A stretch of DNA of 64,000 nt from Tagaea sp. (GTDB lineage: Bacteria > Pseudomonadota > Alphaproteobacteria > CACIAM-22H2): NCBI GenBank assembly GCA_965279525.1, contig CBDIIB010000004.1, forward strand, positions 896,001 through 960,000, given 5' to 3'. The notes below the pieces were generated by a model. That model made no database searches, was not told where the DNA came from, and saw only the letters and a program-made list of their open reading frames with translations. Both the position numbers and the translations under genes were made by a program. Below, in pieces: positions 27,846 through 36,566 of the stretch (its first letter is position 1; every line of letters starts with the position of its first letter).

Positions 27846-28954
27846 CAGTAGGTCAGTACTGTTCGAATGGACTCGCCGCGCCGCATGAGTTCGAAGCCTT
27901 CATTGATTTTCTCATGCGGAAGTACGTGCGTGATCAGGTCATCGATGTTGATCTTGCCGTCCATGTACCAGTCGACGATGCGTGGCACCTCGGTGCGCCC
28001 GCGCACGCCACCGAAAGCCGTTCCCTTCCAGGTCCGGCCGGTGACTAGCTGGAACGGCCGGGTCGAGATCTCCTGCCCCGCCCCCGCCACGCCGACGATG
28101 ACCGACACGCCCCAGCCGCGGTGGCAGCATTCCAGCGCCTGGCGCATCAGCGTCGTGCTGCCGACGCATTCGAAGCTGTAATCCGCCCCGCCCTTCGTGA
28201 GTTCGACGATATGGGCGACGACATCGCCTTTCAGATCTTTCGGATTGACGAAATGCGTCATGCCGAACTTGCGCGCGATCGCTTCGCGCGCAGGGTTGAT
28301 GTCGACCCCGATGATCATGTCGGCCCCTGCCATGCGCGCACCCTGCAGCACATTGAGACCGATTCCGCCGAGACCGAACACGACGACATTCGCCCCAGGC
28401 TCGACCTTGGCGGTGTTGATGACGGCGCCGATACCCGTCGTCACACCGCAGCCGATGTAACAGACTTTCTCGAACGGCGCGTCTTCGCGGATCTTGGCGA
28501 GCGCTATTTCCGGCAGGACGGTGAAATTGGCGAAAGTCGAGCAGCCCATGTAGTGGAGGACGGGCGCGCCCTTGCACGAGAACCTACTCGAGCCGTCCGG
28601 CATCACGCCCTTGCCTTGCGTGGCGCGGATCGACGTGCAGAGGTTCGACTTGCGGCTCAGGCACGTCTTGCACTGCCGGCATTCCGGCGTATAGAGCGGG
28701 ATGACATGGTCGCCCTTCCTGAGAGTCGTGACCCCCTTGCCCACGTCGACGACGATGCCTGCACCTTCATGGCCGAGGACGACCGGGAACATCCCTTCGG
28801 GATCGGAACCCGACAGCGTGTATTCGTCGGTGTGACAGATGCCGGTCGCCTTGACCTCGACCAGCACCTCGCCTTCCTTCGGTCCGTCCAGATCGATGGT
28901 CTCGATCACCAGCGGCGACTTCGCCTTGTAGGCAACGGCGGCACGAACTTTCAT
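27845..28954 (-). CDS. frmA: S-(hydroxymethyl)glutathione dehydrogenase / class III alcohol dehydrogenase
   Basis: GICHTD, GHEGAG, PECRQCKTC, TRPFQLVTGR; start MKVRAAV at 28954. Confidence 0.96.
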   Translation of the reverse strand: MKVRAAVAYKAKSPLVIETIDLDGPKEGEVLVEVKATGICHTDEYTLSGSDPEGMFPVVLGHEGAGIVVDVGKGVTTLRKGDHVIPLYTPECRQCKTCLSRKSNLCTSIRATQGKGVMPDGSSRFSCKGAPVLHYMGCSTFANFTVLPEIALAKIREDAPFEKVCYIGCGVTTGIGAVINTAKVEPGANVVVFGLGGIGLNVLQGARMAGADMIIGVDINPAREAIARKFGMTHFVNPKDLKGDVVAHIVELTKGGADYSFECVGSTTLMRQALECCHRGWGVSVIVGVAGAGQEISTRPFQLVTGRTWKGTAFGGVRGRTEVPRIVDWYMDGKINIDDLITHVLPHEKINEGFELMRRGESIRTVLTY

Positions 28955-29961
28955 CCTGTCGTCTCCTCGGAGTTCCGTATCGCGGTGGCCCACTCGGCAC
29001 GAAGCCAGCGCGCGCACGCCACGTTCTGTTCGAAGATCGAATAACCTGCACCGGCCCCGTAGTCCACATTCGGGATATGTTCGCAGGAAATCTGGCCAAG
29101 CGCGCCGGCCGGATCTCGCGCACAATGGGCGAGAAGCTCGCGCATCACGCGTTTCCAGGGCTCGAGGCGGGCCTCGTCCCATGCGGCGTGATATTCGCCC
29201 GGGCCAGGCCGCACGAAGGGATACTGGATGCCCCGCCCAAAGCCTCCGTCGGGGTGGCGCGCGCTTATATTGACCGGATTGGCCGGAACGGCTGCACGTG
29301 CATGGGCATGATGCACGTAGCCCGCTGATATCCAGCGGCTGCAGACATTGCCGGGCTTTGCCGGATCAAGGATGAGCCGCCCGGCTTCGACGTCCGCACG
29401 CATGCCCTGCACGTCCTGCTCGACCGGATTGTCCATCTTGAAGATCACATGGCTGTGATCCAGGGTCATGTGGAACGGAACGCCCCGACGGCCGACTTCG
29501 GCAGCCACTCGCTCGACCCGGCCGAAATGCTCCGACCACATGTTCACATGAACCTCGAAGCAGGGAACCACCTCGTGCCGCATCCCGAACTCGTAGGCGC
29601 GCAGATAGAACTCCGCGACCTCCAAGTCCGAAAGGACGTGGCCGTCGGCATGCGCCGTCAGGACCTGGACATTGTGGACCCGGGCGCCCAGCAGTCGCGC
29701 CTTGACGATGTTGCGTTCATACAGCGGCTCGTCCCGGCCAAGCGAATAGAACCAGCCACCTGCTAGGACCGGCAGGTCGTGGCGTTCGGACGCCTTGTAG
29801 AGATCGCGGAACTCTTCGTCGGGCGGGGACCGGTCGATATAGTCGAAGGCACCCGACTCCTTGATCATGCGCACCTTCGCGGCAATGTCCGGAATGTCGG
29901 TGTCGCTGCGCGTCGCCCCGCCGCCGGTGCAGCCGATCTTCAGCTTTTCGATGATGTTCAA
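28951..29961 (-). CDS. Xylose-isomerase-like TIM-barrel protein of unknown function
   Basis: Metal-ligand-like FEVH, LDHSH, HAR, SCE; TTG start after GGGAG; stop overlaps the frmA start (ATGA). Confidence 0.72.
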   Translation of the reverse strand: MNIIEKLKIGCTGGGATRSDTDIPDIAAKVRMIKESGAFDYIDRSPPDEEFRDLYKASERHDLPVLAGGWFYSLGRDEPLYERNIVKARLLGARVHNVQVLTAHADGHVLSDLEVAEFYLRAYEFGMRHEVVPCFEVHVNMWSEHFGRVERVAAEVGRRGVPFHMTLDHSHVIFKMDNPVEQDVQGMRADVEAGRLILDPAKPGNVCSRWISAGYVHHAHARAAVPANPVNISARHPDGGFGRGIQYPFVRPGPGEYHAAWDEARLEPWKRVMRELLAHCARDPAGALGQISCEHIPNVDYGAGAGYSIFEQNVACARWLRAEWATAIRNSEETTG

Positions 29962-30031
29962 GGCGCGCACTCCCGTTGGATGCAAGGTTCGCCCGGCTCG
30001 GGGTTCGCGGTCAATCGCCGTGCTTGCGTCC

Positions 30032-30051
30032 CATTATCGATATCGATAATG
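30032..30051. promoter_or_regulatory. Perfect 20-bp palindrome, probable GntR operator
   Basis: CATTATCGAT-ATCGATAATG in the divergent gap, 27 bp upstream of a GntR gene. Confidence 0.7.
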
Positions 30052-30077
30052 TATCAGCAAGATTTGGGAGGACGTCC

Positions 30078-30734
30078 ATGTCGGCTGCGCGCCGTCCGCG
30101 CGACTTCGTCTATTCGGCCCTCAAGCGCCGCATCGTGCTCAACGAGATCGCGCCCGGCGATTCGCTGACCGAACTCGGTCTTGCGCGCGAGCTGGGCTGC
30201 AGTCAAGGCACCGTGCGCGAGGCGCTGATGCGCCTCCAGGAAGACGGCCTCGTCGTTCGCGCCGGCCATCGCGGCACGACAGTCACCGAACTCGACCCCG
30301 CCGCCGCAATCGAGATTCTCGAGTTGCGCAAAAGGCTGGAAACGCGCGGCGCACTCCGTGCCGTCAGCGCCTACACGCCTGAGGCGCGCACGGAGCTCGA
30401 CGCGATCCGCAAGTCGATGGCAAAGGCCGCCCAGCGCGGCGATGAATACGGCCTGATCGAGCTCGACATGCGTTTCCACGCGACGATCTTCCGTCTCGCG
30501 AGCCCTGCCGTGCTCGAGCAGATCCTGATCCGCTGCATGCTGCACTCGCATCGCCAGAAGCTGTGGGCACCTGGCCATCGCCGCTCGCTCGCTCGCACTG
30601 CAGATCGCCACGCGCCGCTGATGGCAGCCCTTGAGGCGCGCGACGGCCCGCAGCTGGCACGTGAAATCGAGCATCATCTCGACACCATCGTCGATGTCGA
30701 ACGGCCGGCCGCCCGCCGCGGGCGGGCCGCATGA
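30078..30734 (+). CDS. GntR-family transcriptional regulator
   Basis: LTELGLARELGCSQGTVREAL; FCD domain DMRFH. Confidence 0.88.
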   Translation: MSAARRPRDFVYSALKRRIVLNEIAPGDSLTELGLARELGCSQGTVREALMRLQEDGLVVRAGHRGTTVTELDPAAAIEILELRKRLETRGALRAVSAYTPEARTELDAIRKSMAKAAQRGDEYGLIELDMRFHATIFRLASPAVLEQILIRCMLHSHRQKLWAPGHRRSLARTADRHAPLMAALEARDGPQLAREIEHHLDTIVDVERPAARRGRAA

Positions 30735-31666
30735 CTAAGACATTCATCGACCCCGCGATGGCTACGATTCTCGAGCGCGGCCGGGCCAATCCGGCGCCGG
30801 ACTACACGAAGATACCGCTTTCCGAGGGCCGATCAGCCTTCGAGCGTTTTGCCGCAAGCTGGAACGAGGACCCGCCGATCCTTGCCGAGCGACGCGATCT
30901 CGAGATACCCACGCGCTGGGGGCGAATGACGGCACGCCTCTACCGGCCGACACGTGAGCAGGGCGTACCGCTCGTCCTCTACGTCCATGGTGGTGGCTGG
31001 ACGTTCGGCTCGATCCATACGCACGACCGCGCAATGGCGCATCTGGCGCTCGAGGGCGGCTTTGCCGTGCTCGGCATCGACTATCGCCTTGCCCCGGAGC
31101 ACCCGTTCCCCGCAGCGACTGACGATGTCGCCGACACGCTCGCAGCCCTCGACAAGGGCCTGCTCGGCGAAGACGTCCATGTCTCGCAGCTCGGCATCGC
31201 AGGTGATTCCGCCGGTGCTGGCATCGCTCTGGGCGCCCTGCTCGATCCCGCTCTCCGCGAGCGGATTTCGGTGGCCGCCCTGTTCTACGGCTGCTACGCG
31301 CCTGTTTTCGATACGCCAAGCCATGCCGCTTTCGGCGGCGGCGACTTCCTGCTGACGACCGCGCGCATGCGTTGGTACTGGCGAAACTGGCTGGGAAAGC
31401 TCGCCGATGACAGTCTCACGGCGGCAACCCCCTCGCGCGGCAACCTGGCCGACATGCCGCCGATCTATCTCAATGCCGCCGGACTTGATCCGTTGCGCGA
31501 CGAGACGCTCGACCTCGCAAAGCGCCTGGGCGAAGCGGGCAACGACTGCCGCGTCGACGTCTTCGCCGGCGTCTGCCACGGCTTCATGCAGATGGCATCG
31601 CAGCTTCCGGCAGCGCGCCGCGCTCATCGTGCCGGTGCCGAATTCCTCGCATCATACCTCCAATAA
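30731..31666 (+). CDS. Alpha/beta hydrolase (HSL-family esterase)
   Basis: HGGGW, DYRLAPEHPFP, GDSAG, DPLRDE, HGF. Confidence 0.9.
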   Translation: MTKTFIDPAMATILERGRANPAPDYTKIPLSEGRSAFERFAASWNEDPPILAERRDLEIPTRWGRMTARLYRPTREQGVPLVLYVHGGGWTFGSIHTHDRAMAHLALEGGFAVLGIDYRLAPEHPFPAATDDVADTLAALDKGLLGEDVHVSQLGIAGDSAGAGIALGALLDPALRERISVAALFYGCYAPVFDTPSHAAFGGGDFLLTTARMRWYWRNWLGKLADDSLTAATPSRGNLADMPPIYLNAAGLDPLRDETLDLAKRLGEAGNDCRVDVFAGVCHGFMQMASQLPAARRAHRAGAEFLASYLQ

Positions 31667-31690
31667 AAAGCAGATAAGGGAGAGACGACC

Positions 31691-32908
31691 ATGAAAAGAC
31701 GGACATTCGTCGCATTGAGCGCGGCGGCCCTCGCGGCCCCAGCCATCAACCGCGCCGGCGCCCAGGCGCCCGCCACCGTGCGTTGGTGGTATCATTTCGA
31801 CAATCCTCAGCATTCGCCGGCGGAGCTTGTTTCCAAGTTCGAGCGCGAAAATCCCGGCATCAAGGTCCAGGCAGAAAGCATTCCGTGGGGCGGCGGCAAC
31901 GATTATTACACGCGCCTTTACGCGGCACTTGTCGCCGGAAACGCGCCGGATTGCGGGATGGTCAAGCTCGCCAACCTGTCGCGCCTGATGGAGATGCGCG
32001 CCCTCGAGCCGCTTGACGCGATGCTCACCGGCTGGGCCGGAACCGGAGACATCCCCGACACCGTGTGGAACCTTCACAAGGCAGGCGACGGAAAGAGCTA
32101 CTACCTGCCGCTCCAGTATGTCGTGCTCTATCTCTATTACCGTGCCGACCTATTCCAACAGGCGGGTGTCCAGCCACCAAAGACCTTTCCCGAGTTCCTT
32201 GCCGCCGCCAAGGCAACGACGAAGGGCGACATCGCCGGCTTCGGCATGCGCGGCGGCGGCGGCGGTCATGATCATTGGGGCACTTTCGTGCTCGGTGGCG
32301 GCGCCTCGTTCGACAAGGGCGGCATGGTTAGCCCGAAAGCACTCGCCGCCAACCGCTGGTTCGTGGGCCTAGGCCGCGAGCACAAGGTCTTTCCGGCGTC
32401 GGCGCCTGGCGACGGCTTCCGCCAGATCGTCGACAACTTCAAGGCCGGCCGCACGGCAATGACGATCCACCATATCGGTTCGGCCAACGAGATGGTCCAA
32501 GCGCTTGGCGACAAGGTCTCGGCTGTACCCGTACCGCGGGGACCGGACGGCAAGGGCTGGACTTCGTTCGGCGACGAGTCGAACGCCGTCTTCGCGGCGA
32601 GCCGCAACAAGGCGGCGGCTTTCAGGTGGATATCCTTCCTGTCCACGGGTGCCAACAATGTCGAGTTCAACAGGTTCACCGGCCAGCTGACGGTCACGAA
32701 GTCGGGAGCGGCGAACTGGACGCTGCATCCCAAACGCTTCGTCGACGCCACGTTCGACTCGGTACCGTTCGCGGCAGCACTGCCGAACGTCACCGCAACG
32801 GCCGATTTCGTTCGCACGGTGTGGCCGACGAACATGCAGCGCGCGCTTCTTGGCCAGATCGAACCGGACGAGATGATGCGGAATATCGAAAAGCACTATC
32901 ACGGCTGA
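31691..32908 (+). CDS. Sugar ABC transporter substrate-binding protein (Tat-exported)
   Basis: MKRRTF twin-arginine leader; LYYRADLF; family 1 SBP layout. Confidence 0.85.
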   Translation: MKRRTFVALSAAALAAPAINRAGAQAPATVRWWYHFDNPQHSPAELVSKFERENPGIKVQAESIPWGGGNDYYTRLYAALVAGNAPDCGMVKLANLSRLMEMRALEPLDAMLTGWAGTGDIPDTVWNLHKAGDGKSYYLPLQYVVLYLYYRADLFQQAGVQPPKTFPEFLAAAKATTKGDIAGFGMRGGGGGHDHWGTFVLGGGASFDKGGMVSPKALAANRWFVGLGREHKVFPASAPGDGFRQIVDNFKAGRTAMTIHHIGSANEMVQALGDKVSAVPVPRGPDGKGWTSFGDESNAVFAASRNKAAAFRWISFLSTGANNVEFNRFTGQLTVTKSGAANWTLHPKRFVDATFDSVPFAAALPNVTATADFVRTVWPTNMQRALLGQIEPDEMMRNIEKHYHG

Positions 32909-32920
32909 GAAATGCGTCCG

Positions 32921-32944
32921 GCCCGGCGGAGCGATCCGCCGGGC
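32921..32944 (+). terminator. Hairpin 3' of the binding-protein gene
   Basis: GCCCGGCGGA-GCGA-TCCGCCGGGC, 10-bp stem with GNRA loop. Confidence 0.6.
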
Positions 32945-32957
32945 TAGACACGCTGCC

Positions 32958-33833
32958 ATGATCGTCAAGCCCTCGACACCCTATCTTTTTCTCGCCCCGG
33001 CGCTGATCGCGACGGCAGCGATCGTCCTGTATCCGGTCGCCTCGACCGTTTGGATGAGTCTCCAAGACTATGTCCTGTTCCGTCCGCATGACATCCGCTT
33101 TGTTGGCTTCGGAAACTTCGCGCGCCTCGCTGCCGACGAGGTGTTCTGGATCTCGCTCTGGAACTCGTTCGTCTGGGTCGGATTGGCGGTCGGGCTCCAG
33201 TTCGCCCTTGGCCTTGGTGCAGCCCTGCTTCTCAACGAAAGCTTCTACTGGCGCAGTCTCGCACGCGCCGCGATCGTGATCCCGTGGGCTTTGCCGTCGG
33301 TGATCATCGGGCTCATGTTCACATGGGTCTACGACTACAACCTCGGCGTCCTGAACGACCTGCTGCTGCGCCTTGGACTGATCGACGGGCCGGTGGCATG
33401 GCTGGCACGCCCCGACAGCGCACTGCTCGCCGTGGTTGCCGCCCTCGTCTGGCAGGGCTTTCCGTTCTTCGCTGTCGTGATCCTCGCAGGACTCCAGGCG
33501 ATCCCGGCCGACCTGCACGAGGCAGCGGAAATCGACGGTGCCACGCGCCTGCAGCGATTCCGCCACGTTGTGTGGCCTGGCCTTGCAGGCGTGATCCTGA
33601 CGGCCCTGCTGCTGCGCACGATCTGGGTCGCCAACTCGCTAGATGTCATTCTCGTGATGACTGGTGGCGGGCCGGGCTATGCCACGCACACGCTCCCGCT
33701 CTACGCTTTCCTGCGCGCCTACAGCGGAATGGAGTTCGGCTACGGCTCGGCGCTCGCCGTCGTGCTCACGCTATTCCTGATGGCGGTCGCCGCGGTCTAT
33801 GTCAGGCGGACAATGCGCGAGGCGTTCAGATGA
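32958..33833 (+). CDS. Carbohydrate ABC permease
   Basis: EAAEIDGAT EAA motif; MTGGGPG. Confidence 0.9.
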   Translation: MIVKPSTPYLFLAPALIATAAIVLYPVASTVWMSLQDYVLFRPHDIRFVGFGNFARLAADEVFWISLWNSFVWVGLAVGLQFALGLGAALLLNESFYWRSLARAAIVIPWALPSVIIGLMFTWVYDYNLGVLNDLLLRLGLIDGPVAWLARPDSALLAVVAALVWQGFPFFAVVILAGLQAIPADLHEAAEIDGATRLQRFRHVVWPGLAGVILTALLLRTIWVANSLDVILVMTGGGPGYATHTLPLYAFLRAYSGMEFGYGSALAVVLTLFLMAVAAVYVRRTMREAFR

Positions 33834-34666
33834 TCGATCGCCGTTCGTCACTTCGCCGCTTCGCCGAAGTCGAGATCCCCGCTCTCCTCCTCGTGGTGCT
33901 TGCACTCGCCCCCTATGCGTGGATGGTGTTGACCTCGATCAAGCCGACGATCGAGATCGCGAAGTTCCCCGTCGTATACTGGCCGGACGTACCCACACTG
34001 TCGCACTATGCCGACCTTTTCGCGCGCACGACTTTCCCGCAGAATCTCGCTGACAGCCTCATCGTCGCGGTATCCGCCTGTGCACTCGGCCTCGCTATCA
34101 GCGTGCCCGCGGCATATGCCTTCTCGCGCTTCGGATTCGCCGGTCGGCGCTTCCTGATGACGCAGTTCCTGACCATCAACATGTTCCCGATCGTGCTGAT
34201 GATCATTCCGCTGTTCGTCGCGTTCCGCTCGTTCGGCCTGCTCGATACGGTCCTCGGCGTCGTGCTCGGCCACGCCACATTCGCCATCCCGTTCGCGATC
34301 TGGATGCTGACAAGCTATCTGAACGGTATTCCACGCGAACTGGATGAGGCAGCAATGGTCGACGGGGCAAGCCGCCTCGTGACGATCCGGCTGATCCTGC
34401 TACCGCTCGCAGCTCCCGGCATCGTATCGACAGGAATCTACATCTTCGTCGCGTCCTGGAACGAGTATCTGTTCGCGATGATGCTGTCGGGGCAGAACGT
34501 GCGCACCGTGACGGTGGCACTCCAGCTTTTCATCGGCGAGTACACAATCCAGTGGGGTTTGCTGACCGCGGGCGGCACGCTTGTCGCCCTACCCGTCACG
34601 ATCCTCTTTCTATTCGTCCAACGGCATCTTGTTGGCGGTCTGACGGCAGGAGCCGTGAAAGCATGA
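33830..34666 (+). CDS. Carbohydrate ABC permease
   Basis: ATGA overlap; EAAMVDGAS; WNEYLFA; GLTAGAVK. Confidence 0.9.
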   Translation: MIDRRSSLRRFAEVEIPALLLVVLALAPYAWMVLTSIKPTIEIAKFPVVYWPDVPTLSHYADLFARTTFPQNLADSLIVAVSACALGLAISVPAAYAFSRFGFAGRRFLMTQFLTINMFPIVLMIIPLFVAFRSFGLLDTVLGVVLGHATFAIPFAIWMLTSYLNGIPRELDEAAMVDGASRLVTIRLILLPLAAPGIVSTGIYIFVASWNEYLFAMMLSGQNVRTVTVALQLFIGEYTIQWGLLTAGGTLVALPVTILFLFVQRHLVGGLTAGAVKA

Positions 34667-35550
34667 GCAAGAATCCCATCGGCATAATCTCGATGTTCTA
34701 CGCGCGGCCGTTCGAGAAGTCACATTTCGGATGCTTTGCGCGTGCGCGCGAGGCCGGCATGAAGTTCGTCGAACTTCTCGTCCCTGAACCGGGTGAACTG
34801 GACCCGGTCGATACGAAAACGGCCCTCAAGGAGGCAGGTCTCGATGTCGTGTTCGCCGCGCGCGTCAACCTGCAGCGCGACCTCGCAAGCCCCGACGAGG
34901 CGGCGCGCAAGGCCGGGCTCGACTATCTTCTCGGCTGCGTGGAAACGGCGAAAGCCTTCGGAGCGAAAATCGTCGGCGGTCCGCTCTACGGCGCCCCGCT
35001 CGTCTTCGCGGGCCGCCCGCCCGCACCGGTCGATGCGGCCGCGCGCGAGCGGCGCATCAGCTGGGTCGTCGACGGGCTGGCGAAGGCCGCCAGGCGCGCG
35101 GCCGACAACGGCATCGTCTTCGGCCTCGAACCGCTCAACCGCTTCGAGACCGACATCGCGAACACGACGGAGCATGCGCTCGCTCTCGTCGACGCGGTCG
35201 GTTCGCCTGCCCTTGGCGCCATGCTCGACACGTTCCACATGAACATGGAGGACCGCGACATCGCCGCCGCGATCCGCAAGGCCGGCAAGCGAATGGTCCA
35301 TTTCCAGGCGAACGAGAACCATCGCGGCTTCGTCGGCGACGGGCATATCGACTGGCCGGCGGTCGCGCGCGCCATCGTCGCCGTTGGCTATGACGGCCCG
35401 ATCACGCTGGAACCGTTCCGGCGCGACGACGTGGCGCCGGGTGTCTGCGTGGCGCAGTGGCGCGCCCCGCACCGCAACGAAGACAAGGAGCTGGCCGCGA
35501 GCCGCGCATTCCTCGAAGCGGCCCTCGACTCCGCGCGGAGGTCGGCATGA
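34663..35550 (+). CDS. Sugar epimerase/isomerase, D-tagatose 3-epimerase-like TIM barrel
   Basis: LEPLNRFE, LDTFHMNME, HFQANENHRG, TLEPF. Confidence 0.85.
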   Translation: MSKNPIGIISMFYARPFEKSHFGCFARAREAGMKFVELLVPEPGELDPVDTKTALKEAGLDVVFAARVNLQRDLASPDEAARKAGLDYLLGCVETAKAFGAKIVGGPLYGAPLVFAGRPPAPVDAAARERRISWVVDGLAKAARRAADNGIVFGLEPLNRFETDIANTTEHALALVDAVGSPALGAMLDTFHMNMEDRDIAAAIRKAGKRMVHFQANENHRGFVGDGHIDWPAVARAIVAVGYDGPITLEPFRRDDVAPGVCVAQWRAPHRNEDKELAASRAFLEAALDSARRSA

Positions 35551-36563
35551 AGATCGGCTGGATCGGCTGCGGCACGCATGCCGGCGAGATGCTGCTGCCG
35601 CAACTCGCACGCCTCGGCGTGAAGATCGCCGCCCTTGCCGATGTCGATGCCGGGCGGCTGGCGACCATCGCCGGTCGGCATGGCGTCGCCGCCGCCGATT
35701 GCCATGCGGACGCACTTGCCCTGATCGCGCGCACGGACATCGACGCGGTCGGCATGGCGATCGGTCCGAAGGCGCATCTGGAACTTGGCACGGCCGCACT
35801 CGAACGCGGACTGCCGGTGTTCATGGAGAAGCCGCCGGGGGCGAACGCCGCCGACGCGCGTCGTCTGGAAGCTGCGTCGCGCAAGTCGGGCAAGCCGCTC
35901 GTGCTGGGCTTCATGAAGCGCTATTCGACGGCCAACCGCATCGCGCTCAACATCGTGCGCGGCGGCGAATTCGGCGCGCCCGCGAGTTTCCTCGGCGAGT
36001 ACATGACCGCCCCCACCTATTTCAAGGGCGACCCGGACTATACGGGCTTCTACCTGCACCATTGCGTGCACTACATGGACCTCGTGCCGCGCCTGATGGG
36101 GAGGCCGATCGAGCTCCACGCCCGCCGGCACGAACTTGCCCCCGGCAAGCTACTGCTGCATGTCGATTTCCGCTTCGCCGGCGGCGGGCTCGCCACGCTG
36201 GTGATGGGTACCAACCAGTCGCGCGCCACGCCGATGGAATGGTGGCAGGTGATGGGCGACCACCGCCGCGTGGAAGTGCGCAACGTGCATGAGGTGCGCT
36301 ATTTCCGCGCGCCAAAATTCAAGGTCGATGATCTTGCCGCTACGCTTTCCGACGATGTCGACACACTGGTCTGGGAACCGAACCTGACCGTGGCCGCCAA
36401 CGAGGATCACAAGGGCTATCACGCCCTGCTGGGTGACTTTGTCGCGCGTGTGGAAGGTCGCCCCAGCACCGCGCCCGAGATCGGCGATGGCGTCGCCGCC
36501 ATGGCCGTTCTCGACGCGATGATCGCCTCGGCCGATACCGGCCGGGCGATCAGGCTGGACTGA
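35547..36563 (+). CDS. Gfo/Idh/MocA-family oxidoreductase
   Basis: IGCG, MEKPP, GFMKRY, HCVHYMD. Confidence 0.88.
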   Translation: MKIGWIGCGTHAGEMLLPQLARLGVKIAALADVDAGRLATIAGRHGVAAADCHADALALIARTDIDAVGMAIGPKAHLELGTAALERGLPVFMEKPPGANAADARRLEAASRKSGKPLVLGFMKRYSTANRIALNIVRGGEFGAPASFLGEYMTAPTYFKGDPDYTGFYLHHCVHYMDLVPRLMGRPIELHARRHELAPGKLLLHVDFRFAGGGLATLVMGTNQSRATPMEWWQVMGDHRRVEVRNVHEVRYFRAPKFKVDDLAATLSDDVDTLVWEPNLTVAANEDHKGYHALLGDFVARVEGRPSTAPEIGDGVAAMAVLDAMIASADTGRAIRLD

Positions 36564-36566
36564 AGC

